NCBI GenBank assembly: GCA_019639255.1
Contig: JAHBSF010000006.1
Coordinates: 26,261 to 90,260, forward strand
From: Acidobacteriota bacterium
Lineage (GTDB): Bacteria; Acidobacteriota; Blastocatellia; RBC074
DNA: 64,000 bases
Direction of reading: 5' to 3'
Under the pieces are notes generated by a model. That model made no database searches. It worked only from the letters and a program-made list of their open reading frames with translations, and was not told the DNA's origin. Made by a program: the position numbers and the translations under genes. Positions 51,659 to 61,785 of this stretch are shown here, one piece after another. Position 1 is the stretch's first letter, and each line of letters opens with the position of its first letter.

Positions 51659-53275
51659 ATGCAGTTTGAGCATCCGGTTGCTGAACGGCTGCTGGGTCGA
51701 TTGCTTGCGGCTCGCGCTGCACGCTACGGCGATCGGCGTTTCCTCAGTTTCAGGGGCGACCAGGAAATTTCGTACCGCGACCTGGACCTGTCGGCCAACC
51801 GTTTTGCAAACGGTCTGCGCGCCTTGGGACTCAACCACGGCGGCAAGCTCGCCGTCATGTTGCCGAACTGTCCGGAATATCTTTCGCTGCTTTTCGGAGC
51901 AGCCAGACTGGGCGCGGTCACCGTGCCGATCAATACCGCCTACAAGGGCGATCTGCTCGCACACATCATAAATAACTCCGACGCAGAAATGCTGGCGCTC
52001 GATGTCCAGTACCTGGAATCCCTGAACAATATAGCGGATCGGTTGAACAACCTCAGGACGATAATTTTATATTCTGCGGCTGAAGATGCAATTTCGGAGC
52101 CCGGCCTGCTGAAGGACAGGTACAAGTTCTACCACATCGGTTCGTTGGGAGCAGCGCTGGCGGATGAGCCCGAAGCCGATGTACGTCATACCGATCCGGT
52201 GATGATTCTTTATACGGGCGGGACGACGGGGCCGTCCAAGGGCGTAGTGATGACGCATCACTTTTATTACTTCTACGCCCGGCTGGTTGCGCAAAGCATA
52301 GGTTATCGGGAGTCGGATGTCTCCTATACCTGTATGCCGCTTTTTCACATAAACGCACAGATCGGTTCGATCGTATCGGCGTTGTATGCCGGGGCGCAGG
52401 CAGCTCTATATGAACGATTCAGCGCCGGTTCGTTCTGGGATGAGATATGCGCATCCGGGGCGACCGTTTTTCTGGGAATGGGCGCCGTAGGCAATATACT
52501 TATGAAAAACGCTCCATCGCCCGCCGACGCCGACAACAAAGTACGGCTTGCGGTCATCGTGCCGCCGCCCGGAGACCTGGAGGGTTTTGAAAAGCGGTTC
52601 GGTTTGCGGGTGATTTACGAAACTTTCGGCATGACCGAAGGTCTGATCATTCCGCCGAAACTGGTAGAACCGCGACGCCCAGGTTGTTGCGGAAAGCCCG
52701 TGCCGGATTACGAGGTGCAGATTGTAGACGACGACGATTCCGCGCTCCCCGCGCGCGAGGTCGGAGAAATAGTCATGCGTCCGCGCGCACCCTACACGAT
52801 GATGTCGGGCTATTACAAAATGCCCGAAGCCACGCTCGAAGCCTTTCGCAATCTGTGGTTCCACACCGGCGACCACGGTTACTTCGACGAAGAGGGATAC
52901 CTTTACTACGTGGGCCGAAAAAAGGACGCAATCCGCAGGCGGGGCGAAAACATCTCCGCCTTCGAAATCGAAAGTGCGGTCAATCAGCATCCTGCGGTAC
53001 TCGAATCCGCCGCAATCGCGGCTCCGTCGGAACTGGGCGAAGACGAGGTGAAGATTGCAGTCGTATTGAAACCGGGCATGCAGGTTGGGCATGAAGAGCT
53101 GATCAGATTCTGCGAAGCGAGGATGGCGTATTTCATGGTTCCGCGATTCGTGGAATTCAAGGACGCGCTGCCCAAAAATCCCTCGCAGCGGATCGAAAAG
53201 TACAAGCTGCGCGCCGAGGGCGTGAACGCCGCGACGTGGGATCGCGAAAAAGCGGGCGTAAAACTCAAGAGATGA
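51659..53275 (+). CDS. AMP-binding acyl-CoA synthetase (FadD/long-chain fatty-acid--CoA ligase-like)
   Basis: YTGGTTGPSKGV (AMP-binding P-loop), the EGYLYYVGRKKD hinge, and C-terminal GEEL / KYKLR motifs. Start taken at the first ATG; the track ORF begins upstream at a TTG. Confidence 0.85.
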   Translation: MQFEHPVAERLLGRLLAARAARYGDRRFLSFRGDQEISYRDLDLSANRFANGLRALGLNHGGKLAVMLPNCPEYLSLLFGAARLGAVTVPINTAYKGDLLAHIINNSDAEMLALDVQYLESLNNIADRLNNLRTIILYSAAEDAISEPGLLKDRYKFYHIGSLGAALADEPEADVRHTDPVMILYTGGTTGPSKGVVMTHHFYYFYARLVAQSIGYRESDVSYTCMPLFHINAQIGSIVSALYAGAQAALYERFSAGSFWDEICASGATVFLGMGAVGNILMKNAPSPADADNKVRLAVIVPPPGDLEGFEKRFGLRVIYETFGMTEGLIIPPKLVEPRRPGCCGKPVPDYEVQIVDDDDSALPAREVGEIVMRPRAPYTMMSGYYKMPEATLEAFRNLWFHTGDHGYFDEEGYLYYVGRKKDAIRRRGENISAFEIESAVNQHPAVLESAAIAAPSELGEDEVKIAVVLKPGMQVGHEELIRFCEARMAYFMVPRFVEFKDALPKNPSQRIEKYKLRAEGVNAATWDREKAGVKLKR

Positions 53276-53281
53276 CCGGAA

Positions 53282-54451
53282 GTGCGCGAATTGAAAGGCA
53301 AACTGGCGATTGCCGGTGCAGCAACAAGCGAGGTCGGACGTGTGGCCGGTCTTTCGGCTACTCAAATGTGCGTCAAGGCATCCCGCCTCGCAATGATCGA
53401 CGCGGGACTCTCGGCGGCCGACGTTGACGGCGTGATCACGGCGAACTCGTGGTCCGAGCCGCACTACTATCACGCCGAATGGATTGCCGAATATCTGGGC
53501 GCAAGACCCAGATATTGCTGGACTGCGGCAACGGGCGGTGGAACGATCGTAGCCGCCCTTCACCACGCGGCGAGCGCAATTGAAACCGGTCTTTGTCAAA
53601 CGGTGCTTATAGCGGCGGCCGACAACTGGCTGAGTGCGTTTTCACGTGAACGGATGGTCGAACTGATGGCCGCCAACGCGGGGCATCCGCAGTTCGAGGT
53701 TCCATACGGCAGCTTTGTGCCTGCTCTTTACGCTCTTTTTGCGCAGGCTCACTCTCAGAAGTACGGCGTGAGCGAGCGCCAGTACGCCCGTGTAGCGGTG
53801 GCTGCGCGCCGACATGCAGCGTTGAACGCCGAGGCTCAGATGCGCGAACCCATAACGGTTGACGATGTATTGACTTCGAAACCGGTGGCGTCGCCCCTGC
53901 GGTTGCTCGATTGCGCCCTGATTTCGGATGGGGGCGCGGCGGTCGTGATGACGAGCGCACAGCGCGCTCGCGATTTGAAAAACCTGCCCGTTTACCTTTT
54001 GGGTGCAGGTGAAGCGCACGAGCACGAACACGTCACGCAGGCCGTGTGTTTGCACAGAACGGCGGCAACCGAATCGGGCGCCGCAGCATTCGCAATGGCG
54101 GGACTGAAGCCCTCGGATATGGATTGCGCGATGCTGTACGATCCGTTCACCTTCGCCGTTGTAATGTTTCTTGAAGATCTGGGATTTTGCGCAAGAGGCG
54201 AGGGCGGCGCGTTTGTCGAGGACGGTCAGATCGAACTTGGCGGAAGCCTCCCGGTAAACACCCACGGAGGGTTGCTGTCGTTTGCTCATCCCGGCAATCC
54301 GGGCGCGTTGTTTCACATAGTAGAAGCGGTGCGGCAGTTGCGCGGCGAGTGCGGAGAACGCCAGGTCCGGAAAGCTTCAACCGCGCTCGTTCACGCCGAG
54401 GGGGGCATAATGTCCACCCACGCGACCGTCATTCTGGGCAATGCAAAATAG
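53282..54451 (+). CDS. thiolase-like protein, SCP-x / nsLTP type (no canonical N-terminal Cys-acyl site)
   Basis: 389 aa thiolase fold with C-terminal NTHGGLLSFAHPGNPG (thiolase C-terminal GG motif) and GEAHEHEH. Typical of DUF35-partnered thiolases. GTG start. Confidence 0.8.
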   Translation: MRELKGKLAIAGAATSEVGRVAGLSATQMCVKASRLAMIDAGLSAADVDGVITANSWSEPHYYHAEWIAEYLGARPRYCWTAATGGGTIVAALHHAASAIETGLCQTVLIAAADNWLSAFSRERMVELMAANAGHPQFEVPYGSFVPALYALFAQAHSQKYGVSERQYARVAVAARRHAALNAEAQMREPITVDDVLTSKPVASPLRLLDCALISDGGAAVVMTSAQRARDLKNLPVYLLGAGEAHEHEHVTQAVCLHRTAATESGAAAFAMAGLKPSDMDCAMLYDPFTFAVVMFLEDLGFCARGEGGAFVEDGQIELGGSLPVNTHGGLLSFAHPGNPGALFHIVEAVRQLRGECGERQVRKASTALVHAEGGIMSTHATVILGNAK

Positions 54452-54470
54452 TTTCGGGGTAACCAGGATC

Positions 54471-54761
54471 ATGCCGATTTACGAATACCAGTGCGAAAGC
54501 TGCGATCTCATATACGAGGCGATGCAGTCGATCAGCGCCGCCCCGCACGAAGTTTGCCCCGAATGCAGCGGGCGGCTCGAACGAATATTTTCACCGCCGT
54601 CATTGAATCTCGGGCATTTCGTAAGCGGAACTGCCGAAAAACACACGCGCAGGCTGACCTTCGAGCAGCAGGCCAAAGAGGAAGAGGACCGATTGCTCAA
54701 GCACGCGGAAAAGACAGGGATCAAATACAGCGATCTGTTCGAAGATCACGAGCATCATTGA
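54471..54761 (+). CDS. FmdB-family zinc-ribbon protein
   Basis: MPIYEYQCESCDLIYE...CPECSG (CxxC...CxxC), 96 aa, from Met11 of track ORF 54441..54761. Confidence 0.75.
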   Translation: MPIYEYQCESCDLIYEAMQSISAAPHEVCPECSGRLERIFSPPSLNLGHFVSGTAEKHTRRLTFEQQAKEEEDRLLKHAEKTGIKYSDLFEDHEHH

Positions 54762-54820
54762 TCGTTTCAGTCCCGGAGCCGGCGAAGTCAGAAAACGCAG
54801 AGTTCTGGATATTTCCTGAA

Positions 54821-55582
54821 ATGCGCGAAACGGGTTTTGAACAACTGATCTATGAAAAACAGGGACCCGTGGTCAGAATTACGCTCAATCGCCCGGATCA
54901 GCTAAACGCGCTCAGCATAGAGTTGTACACAGAACTCGGTGACGCAGTTTTGCGCGCCGGGAGCGATGCCGAGGCTCAGATCATTGTCATAACCGGTGCG
55001 GGACGGGCTTTTTCAAGCGGCGGCGACATCAAGCAGGGTGATCGCGTAAATCGCGAAACTCCGCAGATATTCGCACAGGCGTCGAAACGCATGCTATCGG
55101 CGATCATCAAGAGCGATTGCGTTGTCATCGCACAGGTCAACGGTACGGCGCAGGCCGGAGGATTGTTGATTGTCGCCGCCTGCGATCTGGCGATCGCTGC
55201 GGAGGATGCTACCTTCAAATGCCCCGAAGCGTTGATAGGGCTTTACGAACCGTACAGTCACGCGCTGCTCGCGCCGATCATCGGATCTCGCAGAACAAAG
55301 CAGCTTTTGATTGCCTGCGAAACAATCGGCGCCATCGACGCCGAACGAATGGGACTTGTCAACCGTGTAGTGCCGCGCGAGGATCTCGGCGCTGCTACCG
55401 ACAAACTCATCGAGCGTGTACTTGCAACGGGTCCCCGCGCCCGCGCCATGTTCAAGCGAATGATCAACCGTTCTATTGAAGAGTTCGACGAAAATATAGT
55501 TATAGAGGCGCTCGGTTCGGAAGAGGGACAGGAAGGTATGGCTGCATTCGCCGAAAAACGGTTGCCCAAATGGCGGCAATAA
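54821..55582 (+). CDS. enoyl-CoA hydratase/isomerase (crotonase) family protein
   Basis: VVRITLNRPDQLNAL...VITGAGRAFSSGGDI...VAQVNGTAQAGGL...A-E, the crotonase oxyanion-hole motifs. The real start is at Met111 of track ORF 54491..55582; the upstream part overlaps FmdB out of frame. Confidence 0.85.
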   Translation: MRETGFEQLIYEKQGPVVRITLNRPDQLNALSIELYTELGDAVLRAGSDAEAQIIVITGAGRAFSSGGDIKQGDRVNRETPQIFAQASKRMLSAIIKSDCVVIAQVNGTAQAGGLLIVAACDLAIAAEDATFKCPEALIGLYEPYSHALLAPIIGSRRTKQLLIACETIGAIDAERMGLVNRVVPREDLGAATDKLIERVLATGPRARAMFKRMINRSIEEFDENIVIEALGSEEGQEGMAAFAEKRLPKWRQ

Positions 55583-55620
55583 TCACGGGCAATGGGCCTT
55601 GCTTTGAACTTGCTTTGAAA

Positions 55621-56055
55621 ATGACTGTAGTCGCTGAAAAAAGTCGGAAACCGATCAGAGAAGGGTTGTTTGCGGAAGATGCGAACGGCGTGAGTCTGAT
55701 CGGCGGGCGGTGTCGGGAATGCGCTGAAATCGTATTCCCCGCCAATCCCTTTTGCCCGCGGTGCTGTCGCGAGACGACCGAACCCGTTGCACTCTCTCGG
55801 CGCGGAGTGCTTTACAGCTTCACCGTGCAGCGTTTCAAACCGCCGCCGCCATATCGCGGACCCGATCCTTTCGTCCCGTACGGCGTAGGTCTGATAGAAC
55901 TGCCCGAGGGGCTGCGCATAACTTCGGTGCTCAAGGCGGAACCGGACGACCTTCGCGTCGGGATGGAAATGGAGCTAGTGGTCGAGGGGTTTTTCGAGGA
56001 CGAGGACGGCAACGAAATACTGGGCTACAAGTTTCGCCCGGTGGAAGAGAGATAA
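55621..56055 (+). CDS. DUF35 Zn-ribbon + OB-fold protein (thiolase partner; ChsH2-C-term/IpfE-like)
   Basis: GRCRECAEIVFPANPFCPRCC (rubredoxin-like Zn ribbon) followed by an OB-fold segment. The last codons and stop (...EER*) are encoded by repeat A13. Confidence 0.75.
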   Translation: MTVVAEKSRKPIREGLFAEDANGVSLIGGRCRECAEIVFPANPFCPRCCRETTEPVALSRRGVLYSFTVQRFKPPPPYRGPDPFVPYGVGLIELPEGLRITSVLKAEPDDLRVGMEMELVVEGFFEDEDGNEILGYKFRPVEER

Positions 56056-56170
56056 CGGAACAAACTAAATAAGTCGGAAACTACGAAAATATTCAACTTT
56101 TCCGTGATTTTTGTTTCATTTCGTTTGTTTCGTTATCTCTTATGCCCCAGTGACGAGCAGAGTGATTTAG
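56047..56170. repeat. family-A element A13 (core plus right tail)
   Basis: GAGAGATAACGGAACAAACTAAATAAGTCGGAAACTACGAAAATATTCAACTTTTCCGTGATTTTTGTTTCATTTCGTTTGTTTCGTTATCTCT, then TATGCCCCAGTGACGAGCAGAGTGATTTAG abutting the ATG at 56171. Confidence 0.85.
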
Positions 56171-57307
56171 ATGAGAGACGTTTATGTAATCGGTGTAGGG
56201 CTGCATCCCTTCGGTCGTTTCGGCGACAAGGATGTCATCGAGATAGGGCGCGAAGCCGTTGTAGCCGCGCTCGAAGACTCGGGAGTTGCATGGAAGGATG
56301 TGGAATCGGCTTACTGCGGCACGGTATTCGCCGGGCCGATGGCGGGCAACAAGGTGCTGGCGCGCGTCGGTTTGACCGGATTGCCTATTATGAATCTTGA
56401 AAATGCATGTGCAAGCGGCGGATCGGCGCTGCGGCTGGCATTTCAGGATGTGGCGAGCGGTTTCTGCGATATTGCGCTGGCGTTCGGTTTCGAAAAGATG
56501 CCGCGCGGTTTTATCGCCGGAAATCCCAACGACTGGTTTGCGACGATGGGAATGGCGGTCAATCCGCAGTATTTTGCGCTCAACGCTCGCCGGCATATGG
56601 CGGATTACGGAACAACCGAGGACCATCTTGTCAGGGTTTCGGTCAAGAATCACCGCAACGGCGCTCTCAATCCGTATGCTATGTATCGGAAGGTGATGAG
56701 CTACGAAGAAATCGCCAACTCGACGATGGTGAACGATCCGCTGCGATTGCTGATGCTGTGCGCGCCGAATGAGGGCGGCGCCGCCGTCGTGGTGGCGAGT
56801 CGGGAGGCGGCTAAACGGTATACGACGCGGCTGATTCGCCTGGCGTCGGTTGTGCTGAAGTCGCCGCTCTACGGAACGGCGGAGGTTCCATACATCGCTG
56901 TAAGTTCACAAGTAGAAGCCCCGAGCGTGACGCGCACGGCATCCGAGGCGGCTTACGAAGCGGCCGGCATCGGCCCCGGCGATCTCGATCTGGTAGAACT
57001 TCAGGATACGGATTCTGCGGCCGAGATCATATACAGCGAAGAACTCGGATTATGCGGGCGCGGCGAAGGTGCACGGCTGCTCGACGACGGCGCCACCGAA
57101 ATCGGCGGGCGCTTGCCCGTGAATCCCAGCGGCGGACTTTTGTCGAAGGGTGAACCGCTCGGCGCCTCTGCACTCGGACAGGTTGCGGAAGTCGTATGGC
57201 AGTTGCGCGGTGAGGCCGGCGCCCGCCAGGTGAGCGATGCGCGCGTCGGTTTGACGCACGTATACGGCGCGCTCGGCAATTGTGCGGTGAGCATACTTCA
57301 ATGTTGA
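56171..57307 (+). CDS. thiolase-like protein, SCP-x type (second copy)
   Basis: MRDVYVIGVGLHPFGRF...NLENACASGGSALRLA (active-site Cys) ... NPSGGLLSKGEPLGASAL... and the thiolase C-terminal domain. Confidence 0.85.
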   Translation: MRDVYVIGVGLHPFGRFGDKDVIEIGREAVVAALEDSGVAWKDVESAYCGTVFAGPMAGNKVLARVGLTGLPIMNLENACASGGSALRLAFQDVASGFCDIALAFGFEKMPRGFIAGNPNDWFATMGMAVNPQYFALNARRHMADYGTTEDHLVRVSVKNHRNGALNPYAMYRKVMSYEEIANSTMVNDPLRLLMLCAPNEGGAAVVVASREAAKRYTTRLIRLASVVLKSPLYGTAEVPYIAVSSQVEAPSVTRTASEAAYEAAGIGPGDLDLVELQDTDSAAEIIYSEELGLCGRGEGARLLDDGATEIGGRLPVNPSGGLLSKGEPLGASALGQVAEVVWQLRGEAGARQVSDARVGLTHVYGALGNCAVSILQC

Positions 57308-57367
57308 TACTGCGTTTGGAATCGGCCTTAAATATTTGCGGCCTAATGTGCAAAGGAGGAATCTGAT

Positions 57368-58096
57368 ATGTCAGCGAGATTACAACCCGCCACCGAGGCA
57401 ATGCCGGTGGATCAGTTTCTTGGAGAACTGCTATCATTCATCGAAGAGCATCATCCGAAAAACAGCAAAATGATTCGCGCCATCTCTGAGGGAACTGCGT
57501 CGATGCAGGCCATACAGGGATTCGCAAGGGAGTTTTACGCCTACTCGGCGTTTTCCCTACGGCCGTTCGCTGCACTTGTTTCGAATGCGCCCGACGATTT
57601 TTCCTTGAAGCTGATGCTTCAGAACTTCGCCGGCGAGGCCGGGTTTCTGGGCACGCCGTCGCATCCGGTCGTATTCCGCCAGTTTGCTCTCGCTGCGGGA
57701 CTCAGCGACGAAGACCTCGATACTCACATTCCGCTTCCGAGTACGCTGGGTGGAATGTTCGGACTGGATCATTTTCTGCGGGGACCGTTTGATGAGGCGG
57801 TAGCCGGGTTTGGTTATGCGATCGAGGGGCCGGCGGCAGCCTGGGGGAAGCTCCTGCACGACGGATTCAAGAACAAATACAACTTCGACGAAAAAGCCAT
57901 GCAGTTCTGGGTCATTCATCTCGAAGAGGACGAATCGGGCGAGGGCCTCGAAGCGCAGCACGGCGAAAATGCCAGAAAACTGATGCAGCGCTTTGCGTCA
58001 ACTCTCGAACAGCAGACGCGCATTCGCAAGGCGTTCGTATACTCGGCGCTTGTTTTTGAAAACTTCTGGAACGGAATGGACCGGTTTCTTGAGTAG
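57368..58096 (+). CDS. PqqC/TenA-like heme-oxygenase-fold protein (second copy)
   Basis: HHPKNSKMIRAISEGTASMQAIQGFAREFYAYSAFSLRPFAALVSNAPDD...LQNFAGEAG...SHPVVFRQFALAAGL closely parallels the PqqC HPF...ENL.EE.G...SH...F...GL pattern. Confidence 0.65.
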   Translation: MSARLQPATEAMPVDQFLGELLSFIEEHHPKNSKMIRAISEGTASMQAIQGFAREFYAYSAFSLRPFAALVSNAPDDFSLKLMLQNFAGEAGFLGTPSHPVVFRQFALAAGLSDEDLDTHIPLPSTLGGMFGLDHFLRGPFDEAVAGFGYAIEGPAAAWGKLLHDGFKNKYNFDEKAMQFWVIHLEEDESGEGLEAQHGENARKLMQRFASTLEQQTRIRKAFVYSALVFENFWNGMDRFLE

Positions 58097-58160
58097 CGGC
58101 CGCCCGGCGCCTGAAGCACCAGACAAACGGATATCGAGGGGACCCCAAGGAGAAATGACA

Positions 58161-59507
58161 ATGAGTGTAGCCGATGAATGCGTAAAGAACCTGTACCATC
58201 CCGAAGTTCAGACGATGCCTCGCGAACAGTTGCGTGAACTTCAGAACGAAAAGCTGCGCCGCGAAATAGACCGTATATGGAATCAGCCGATTTCATTCTT
58301 CAAGCGCAAGATGGAATCCGTAGGATTGCGTCCCGAACACATTCGCACCGTTGACGATCTCAGGAATTTCCCGCCAACAGTCAAGGATGAGCTTCGGGTA
58401 AACGAAGAAAGCTACCCACCGTTCGGCGATTATCGCGGAGCACCCGTAGAGAAGTGCATTCGCCTGGGTCGTACTACGGGAACAACGGGCAAGCCCTCAT
58501 CGCTGCTATGGACGCAGCGCGATTATGATATCGATGCTCTGATTTCCGCGCGTTCGATGTACCGGTGCGGCATCCGCCCCGGCATGAAAATGACGCACAC
58601 TCATCCGGGCGGACTCTACGCGGGCGCCGACCGCCTCGGCTCCGTCGTCGAAATGATGGGCGTGATGAACGTGCCTATGGGGCCGCCGCTATCGGATGAC
58701 ATAATAAAGAGCCATCTCGAATTGTGGAAACAGCTCAAACCCGAAGTGTATGTGCTGTTCGGCCCCGTCGTGCTGCGGTATCACGAAGCTGCGCTGAAAC
58801 TCGGCTACGATCCGCACAAGGATATCGGGATGGACATACTGCTCATAGGCGAGGCCGCGTGCGCCTATGAATCGACTCGTAAGAAGTACGAGAAGTTCTT
58901 CGACTGCGAGATTCACAACCTCAACGGCTCGCTCGAAATCGGCGTGATTATGGCAAGCGACGACCGGTTCCATACCGGGATGTATGCGCCCGAGGATTTC
59001 GTAATTCTCGAAGTCATTGATCCCGACACGAATGAACCTACGCCGCCCGGCGAGCGCGGATACCTGTGTTTGACGACCCTCGACCGCGACAACATAGTCG
59101 TTCGCTATAACCTCGAAGACCTGGTGAGCGTCAATCCCGAACCGTCGCCGTCGGCGGAAACCCACACCAGGTTTTACTGGCACGGCCGGCGTCAGGAAGT
59201 TGTGAACGTTAACGGCAAGGAGATTCTGCCCGTGGACGTGATGGTTGCGCTCAATGAAATCGAGGAACTCGGCGAGCGGCCCGTCGAGTTTCAGATGGAG
59301 CGTTGGGGCAAGACGCAGGACAGGCTCAAGGTGAATATGGAGTATGACCCGGCGCGCGTATCGGATACAACGGCGTTCTCCGACAAGGTTAGAGCGCACT
59401 TTCATCGGAAACTCGGCATCGATGTAGTGCCGGAGCTCGTGGACTCGGCGGTTTACCGCTCCACGTACAAGCCGATGCGCGTCATAGACGTCAAACACGA
59501 AGAATAA
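58161..59507 (+). CDS. PaaK-like adenylate-forming CoA ligase (phenylacetate-CoA ligase / coenzyme F390 synthetase family)
   Basis: N-terminal LREIDRIW...ESVGLRPEHIRTVDDLRNFPPTVKDEL and TTGTTGKPS (the PaaK P-loop variant). No large C-terminal AMP-binding_C domain. From Met57 of the track ORF, with SD AAGGAG 8 nt upstream. Confidence 0.8.
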   Translation: MSVADECVKNLYHPEVQTMPREQLRELQNEKLRREIDRIWNQPISFFKRKMESVGLRPEHIRTVDDLRNFPPTVKDELRVNEESYPPFGDYRGAPVEKCIRLGRTTGTTGKPSSLLWTQRDYDIDALISARSMYRCGIRPGMKMTHTHPGGLYAGADRLGSVVEMMGVMNVPMGPPLSDDIIKSHLELWKQLKPEVYVLFGPVVLRYHEAALKLGYDPHKDIGMDILLIGEAACAYESTRKKYEKFFDCEIHNLNGSLEIGVIMASDDRFHTGMYAPEDFVILEVIDPDTNEPTPPGERGYLCLTTLDRDNIVVRYNLEDLVSVNPEPSPSAETHTRFYWHGRRQEVVNVNGKEILPVDVMVALNEIEELGERPVEFQMERWGKTQDRLKVNMEYDPARVSDTTAFSDKVRAHFHRKLGIDVVPELVDSAVYRSTYKPMRVIDVKHEE

Positions 59508-59510
59508 AAA

Positions 59511-59566
59511 TACAGATAACGGAATATACGAAAAAGAACGGAACAAACGGAAAGCAAGGAGAACAA
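59511..59566. repeat. family-A element A14 (half copy, left arm)
   Basis: CAGATAACGGAATATACGAAAAAGAACGGAACAAACGGAAAGCAAGGAGAA. Its end supplies the SD (AAGGAGAA) of the next gene. Confidence 0.7.
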
Positions 59567-59568
59567 TA

Positions 59569-60798
59569 ATGAGCGCCGTTCAATTCGCGCACGACACAGC
59601 AGACGTGCTCTCGGCACTTCAGCGGCAGATTGCACACAATTACACGATTCCTTTTTACCGCAAACGCATGGATGAGTGGGGCGTCAGGCCCGAGGATATC
59701 CGCAGCTTCGATGACTTTCGGCGCATTCCCATGATGAAGCGCGAAGATCAGGTATCGAGCGTCGATGAAGATCCCCCGCTCGGCAGCATGTGGAACCCCG
59801 ACGCCGTTCTGATTACCCATACTCCGGCGCCGGGCATAGGTCTTGTTACCGAGTATCATACAAGAGCCGATATCGACGCCTGCGCCGTGGCCGTAGCGAA
59901 GCGGCTGGCTGCCGCCGGGGTGACGAAAGACGACATTGTAGTCATCAACTCGAGCTACCACCTGGTTATATCCGGACATACGGGACAGGCGGCATTCACC
60001 GAACTCGGCGCCAAGGTTTTGCCTCTGGGACCCGGCGAGACCGAACGACAGGTGGAGATTATCAACCGCCTCGGCGCCACGGTGCTTTTCGGGTTTCCGA
60101 GTTATTGCCTGAAACTTGCCGAAGCCGGAGCGAGGGGCAAAATCCGCGTGATGATCGCGGGCGGCGAGCCGTTCAGCTCAATAGAAGGCCGGCGCGAACA
60201 GGTTAAAAACGCGTTCGGGGGCGGGATTACCGCCGTAGATCTTTACGGATTGAGCGGCTTCAACGTCGTTGCGATGGAAGACCGGCGCGAAAACGGGATG
60301 CGTATTCTGGAAGATGAGGTCTACGCCGAAATCATCGATCCCGAAACCGGCGACCTGCTGCCTTACGGCGAGCGCGGAGAACTGGTGCTGACGCACGTGA
60401 ACCGTCAGGCGATGCCGTTTATGCGTTTCAGAACCGGAGACCTGACGGTGCTGGACCGCACCGACGGCGAGCTTTATATGCCCAACGGCGTGTTCGGGCG
60501 CACGGGCGAGATGTACCGCGTCAAGGGATTGAAGTTCTATCCCTCGGTCGCGGTGTTGTGCCTTGCGGGGATTCAGGGAGTACATCCGCTCAAGTACCGA
60601 TTCACGATTTCGAGGCCTTCCGGGACTACCGATTACGTCAAATTCGCGGTGCAGGGCAATCCCTCAGCCGTGGATGCTGAAGTGGTCAAAAAGAAGATCG
60701 GGCTCAGAACCCTTTTTGAACCCAACGAAGTCGAAATCATCGAGCAGTGGGTTGACGGCCCGACTGTAGTGGACGAGCGCGGCGGAGTAGATCGTTGA
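59569..60798 (+). CDS. PaaK-like adenylate-forming CoA ligase (second copy)
   Basis: YRKRMDEWGVRPEDIRSFDDFRRIPMMKREDQ ... SGHTGQAAF ... same architecture as the upstream paralogue. About 409 aa. Confidence 0.8.
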   Translation: MSAVQFAHDTADVLSALQRQIAHNYTIPFYRKRMDEWGVRPEDIRSFDDFRRIPMMKREDQVSSVDEDPPLGSMWNPDAVLITHTPAPGIGLVTEYHTRADIDACAVAVAKRLAAAGVTKDDIVVINSSYHLVISGHTGQAAFTELGAKVLPLGPGETERQVEIINRLGATVLFGFPSYCLKLAEAGARGKIRVMIAGGEPFSSIEGRREQVKNAFGGGITAVDLYGLSGFNVVAMEDRRENGMRILEDEVYAEIIDPETGDLLPYGERGELVLTHVNRQAMPFMRFRTGDLTVLDRTDGELYMPNGVFGRTGEMYRVKGLKFYPSVAVLCLAGIQGVHPLKYRFTISRPSGTTDYVKFAVQGNPSAVDAEVVKKKIGLRTLFEPNEVEIIEQWVDGPTVVDERGGVDR

Positions 60799-60802
60799 CA
60801 GG

Positions 60803-60876
60803 AGAACGCGGAATACGCTGAATTTAGCGAGCGGATAGACTTTTCCGTTATATTCCGCTTATTCCGCGTTCTCTCT
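60803..60876. repeat. divergent palindromic element A15 (variant arms GAGAACGCGGAATA...TATTCCGCGTTCTC)
   Basis: GAGAACGCGGAATACGCTGAATTTAGCGAGCGGATAGACTTTTCCGTTATATTCCGCTTATTCCGCGTTCTCTC. Confidence 0.6.
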
Positions 60877-60900
60877 GCAATCGCCATACGGGATAATCGG

Positions 60901-61674
60901 ATGAGCGGAAACGTGCTGGAAAAATTCAGACTCGATGGTAAGACGGCCATCGTAACGGGTGCGAGCCGCGGGCTCGGGCGCGCAATCGCGGTTGCGTTTG
61001 CCGAAGCGGGAGCCGATGTAGCTGTAGCGGCGCGCACCGAGGCCGCAATCGCTGAAACCGCTGAAGCCGTAAGGAGCCTCGGGCGGCGCGCCCTTGCAGT
61101 GGCGTGCGATGTACACAGCAGCGCGTCGGTGGCCTCGATGGTCGAGGGCGTTGTATCCGAATTCGGTAAGGTCGACATACTGATGAACAACGCGGGCGGC
61201 GGCGATATGCGGCCGCTTGTGGATACCGACGAGTCTGAATGGATGCGCATCATTGATCTCAATCTGAATTCGACCTACCGGCTGTGCCGCGCCGTGGGGC
61301 CGCATATGATCGCCAGGCGCTACGGCCGGATAATCAATATGTCGTCGACCTACGGGCTAGTGGGAGTCAAAAATGTAGTCCCGTATTGCGCTGCCAAGGG
61401 AGCGATTATCCAGTTTACGCGGGCGCTGGCGCTCGAATGGGCCGAGCACAACATATCGGTGAATGCGCTTGCGCCCGGTTATTTCTACACCGAACGCACG
61501 AGCCGCGTCTTCGACGATCCGACGCTCGGCGCAAAATTCACCGCCTCGATTCCTGCAGGACGTGTGGGCCAAAACGACGAACTTGCGCCGCTCGTGGTGT
61601 ATCTCGCATCGGACGCGTCGCCCTATATGACCGGCAGCGTCATAGTTATCGACGGGGGCATTACGGCTGCCTGA
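60901..61674 (+). CDS. SDR-family oxidoreductase (FabG-like)
   Basis: TGASRGLGRAIA (TGxxxGxG), NNAGG, and the S...Y(CAAK) catalytic motif. Confidence 0.85.
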   Translation: MSGNVLEKFRLDGKTAIVTGASRGLGRAIAVAFAEAGADVAVAARTEAAIAETAEAVRSLGRRALAVACDVHSSASVASMVEGVVSEFGKVDILMNNAGGGDMRPLVDTDESEWMRIIDLNLNSTYRLCRAVGPHMIARRYGRIINMSSTYGLVGVKNVVPYCAAKGAIIQFTRALALEWAEHNISVNALAPGYFYTERTSRVFDDPTLGAKFTASIPAGRVGQNDELAPLVVYLASDASPYMTGSVIVIDGGITAA

Positions 61675-61785
61675 ATCCGCATATACGGTCTTGTTTTTTG
61701 GGGATATGAGGTGACTGGCCAATCAGTCATGACGGAAATGAAAATGAAGCGGAAGAGGGAGCAGCGGGAATTGCGGAAAAGGTGA

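Noticed and set aside
52406-53599. 397-aa minus-strand ORF antisense to the acyl-CoA synthetase and thiolase genes.
   Set aside because: Shadow ORF spanning two real plus-strand genes.
54491-54820. N-terminal 110-aa extension of the crotonase ORF in the track.
   Set aside because: It overlaps the FmdB zinc-ribbon gene out of frame and has Arg-rich junk composition. The crotonase homology starts at Met111 (54821).
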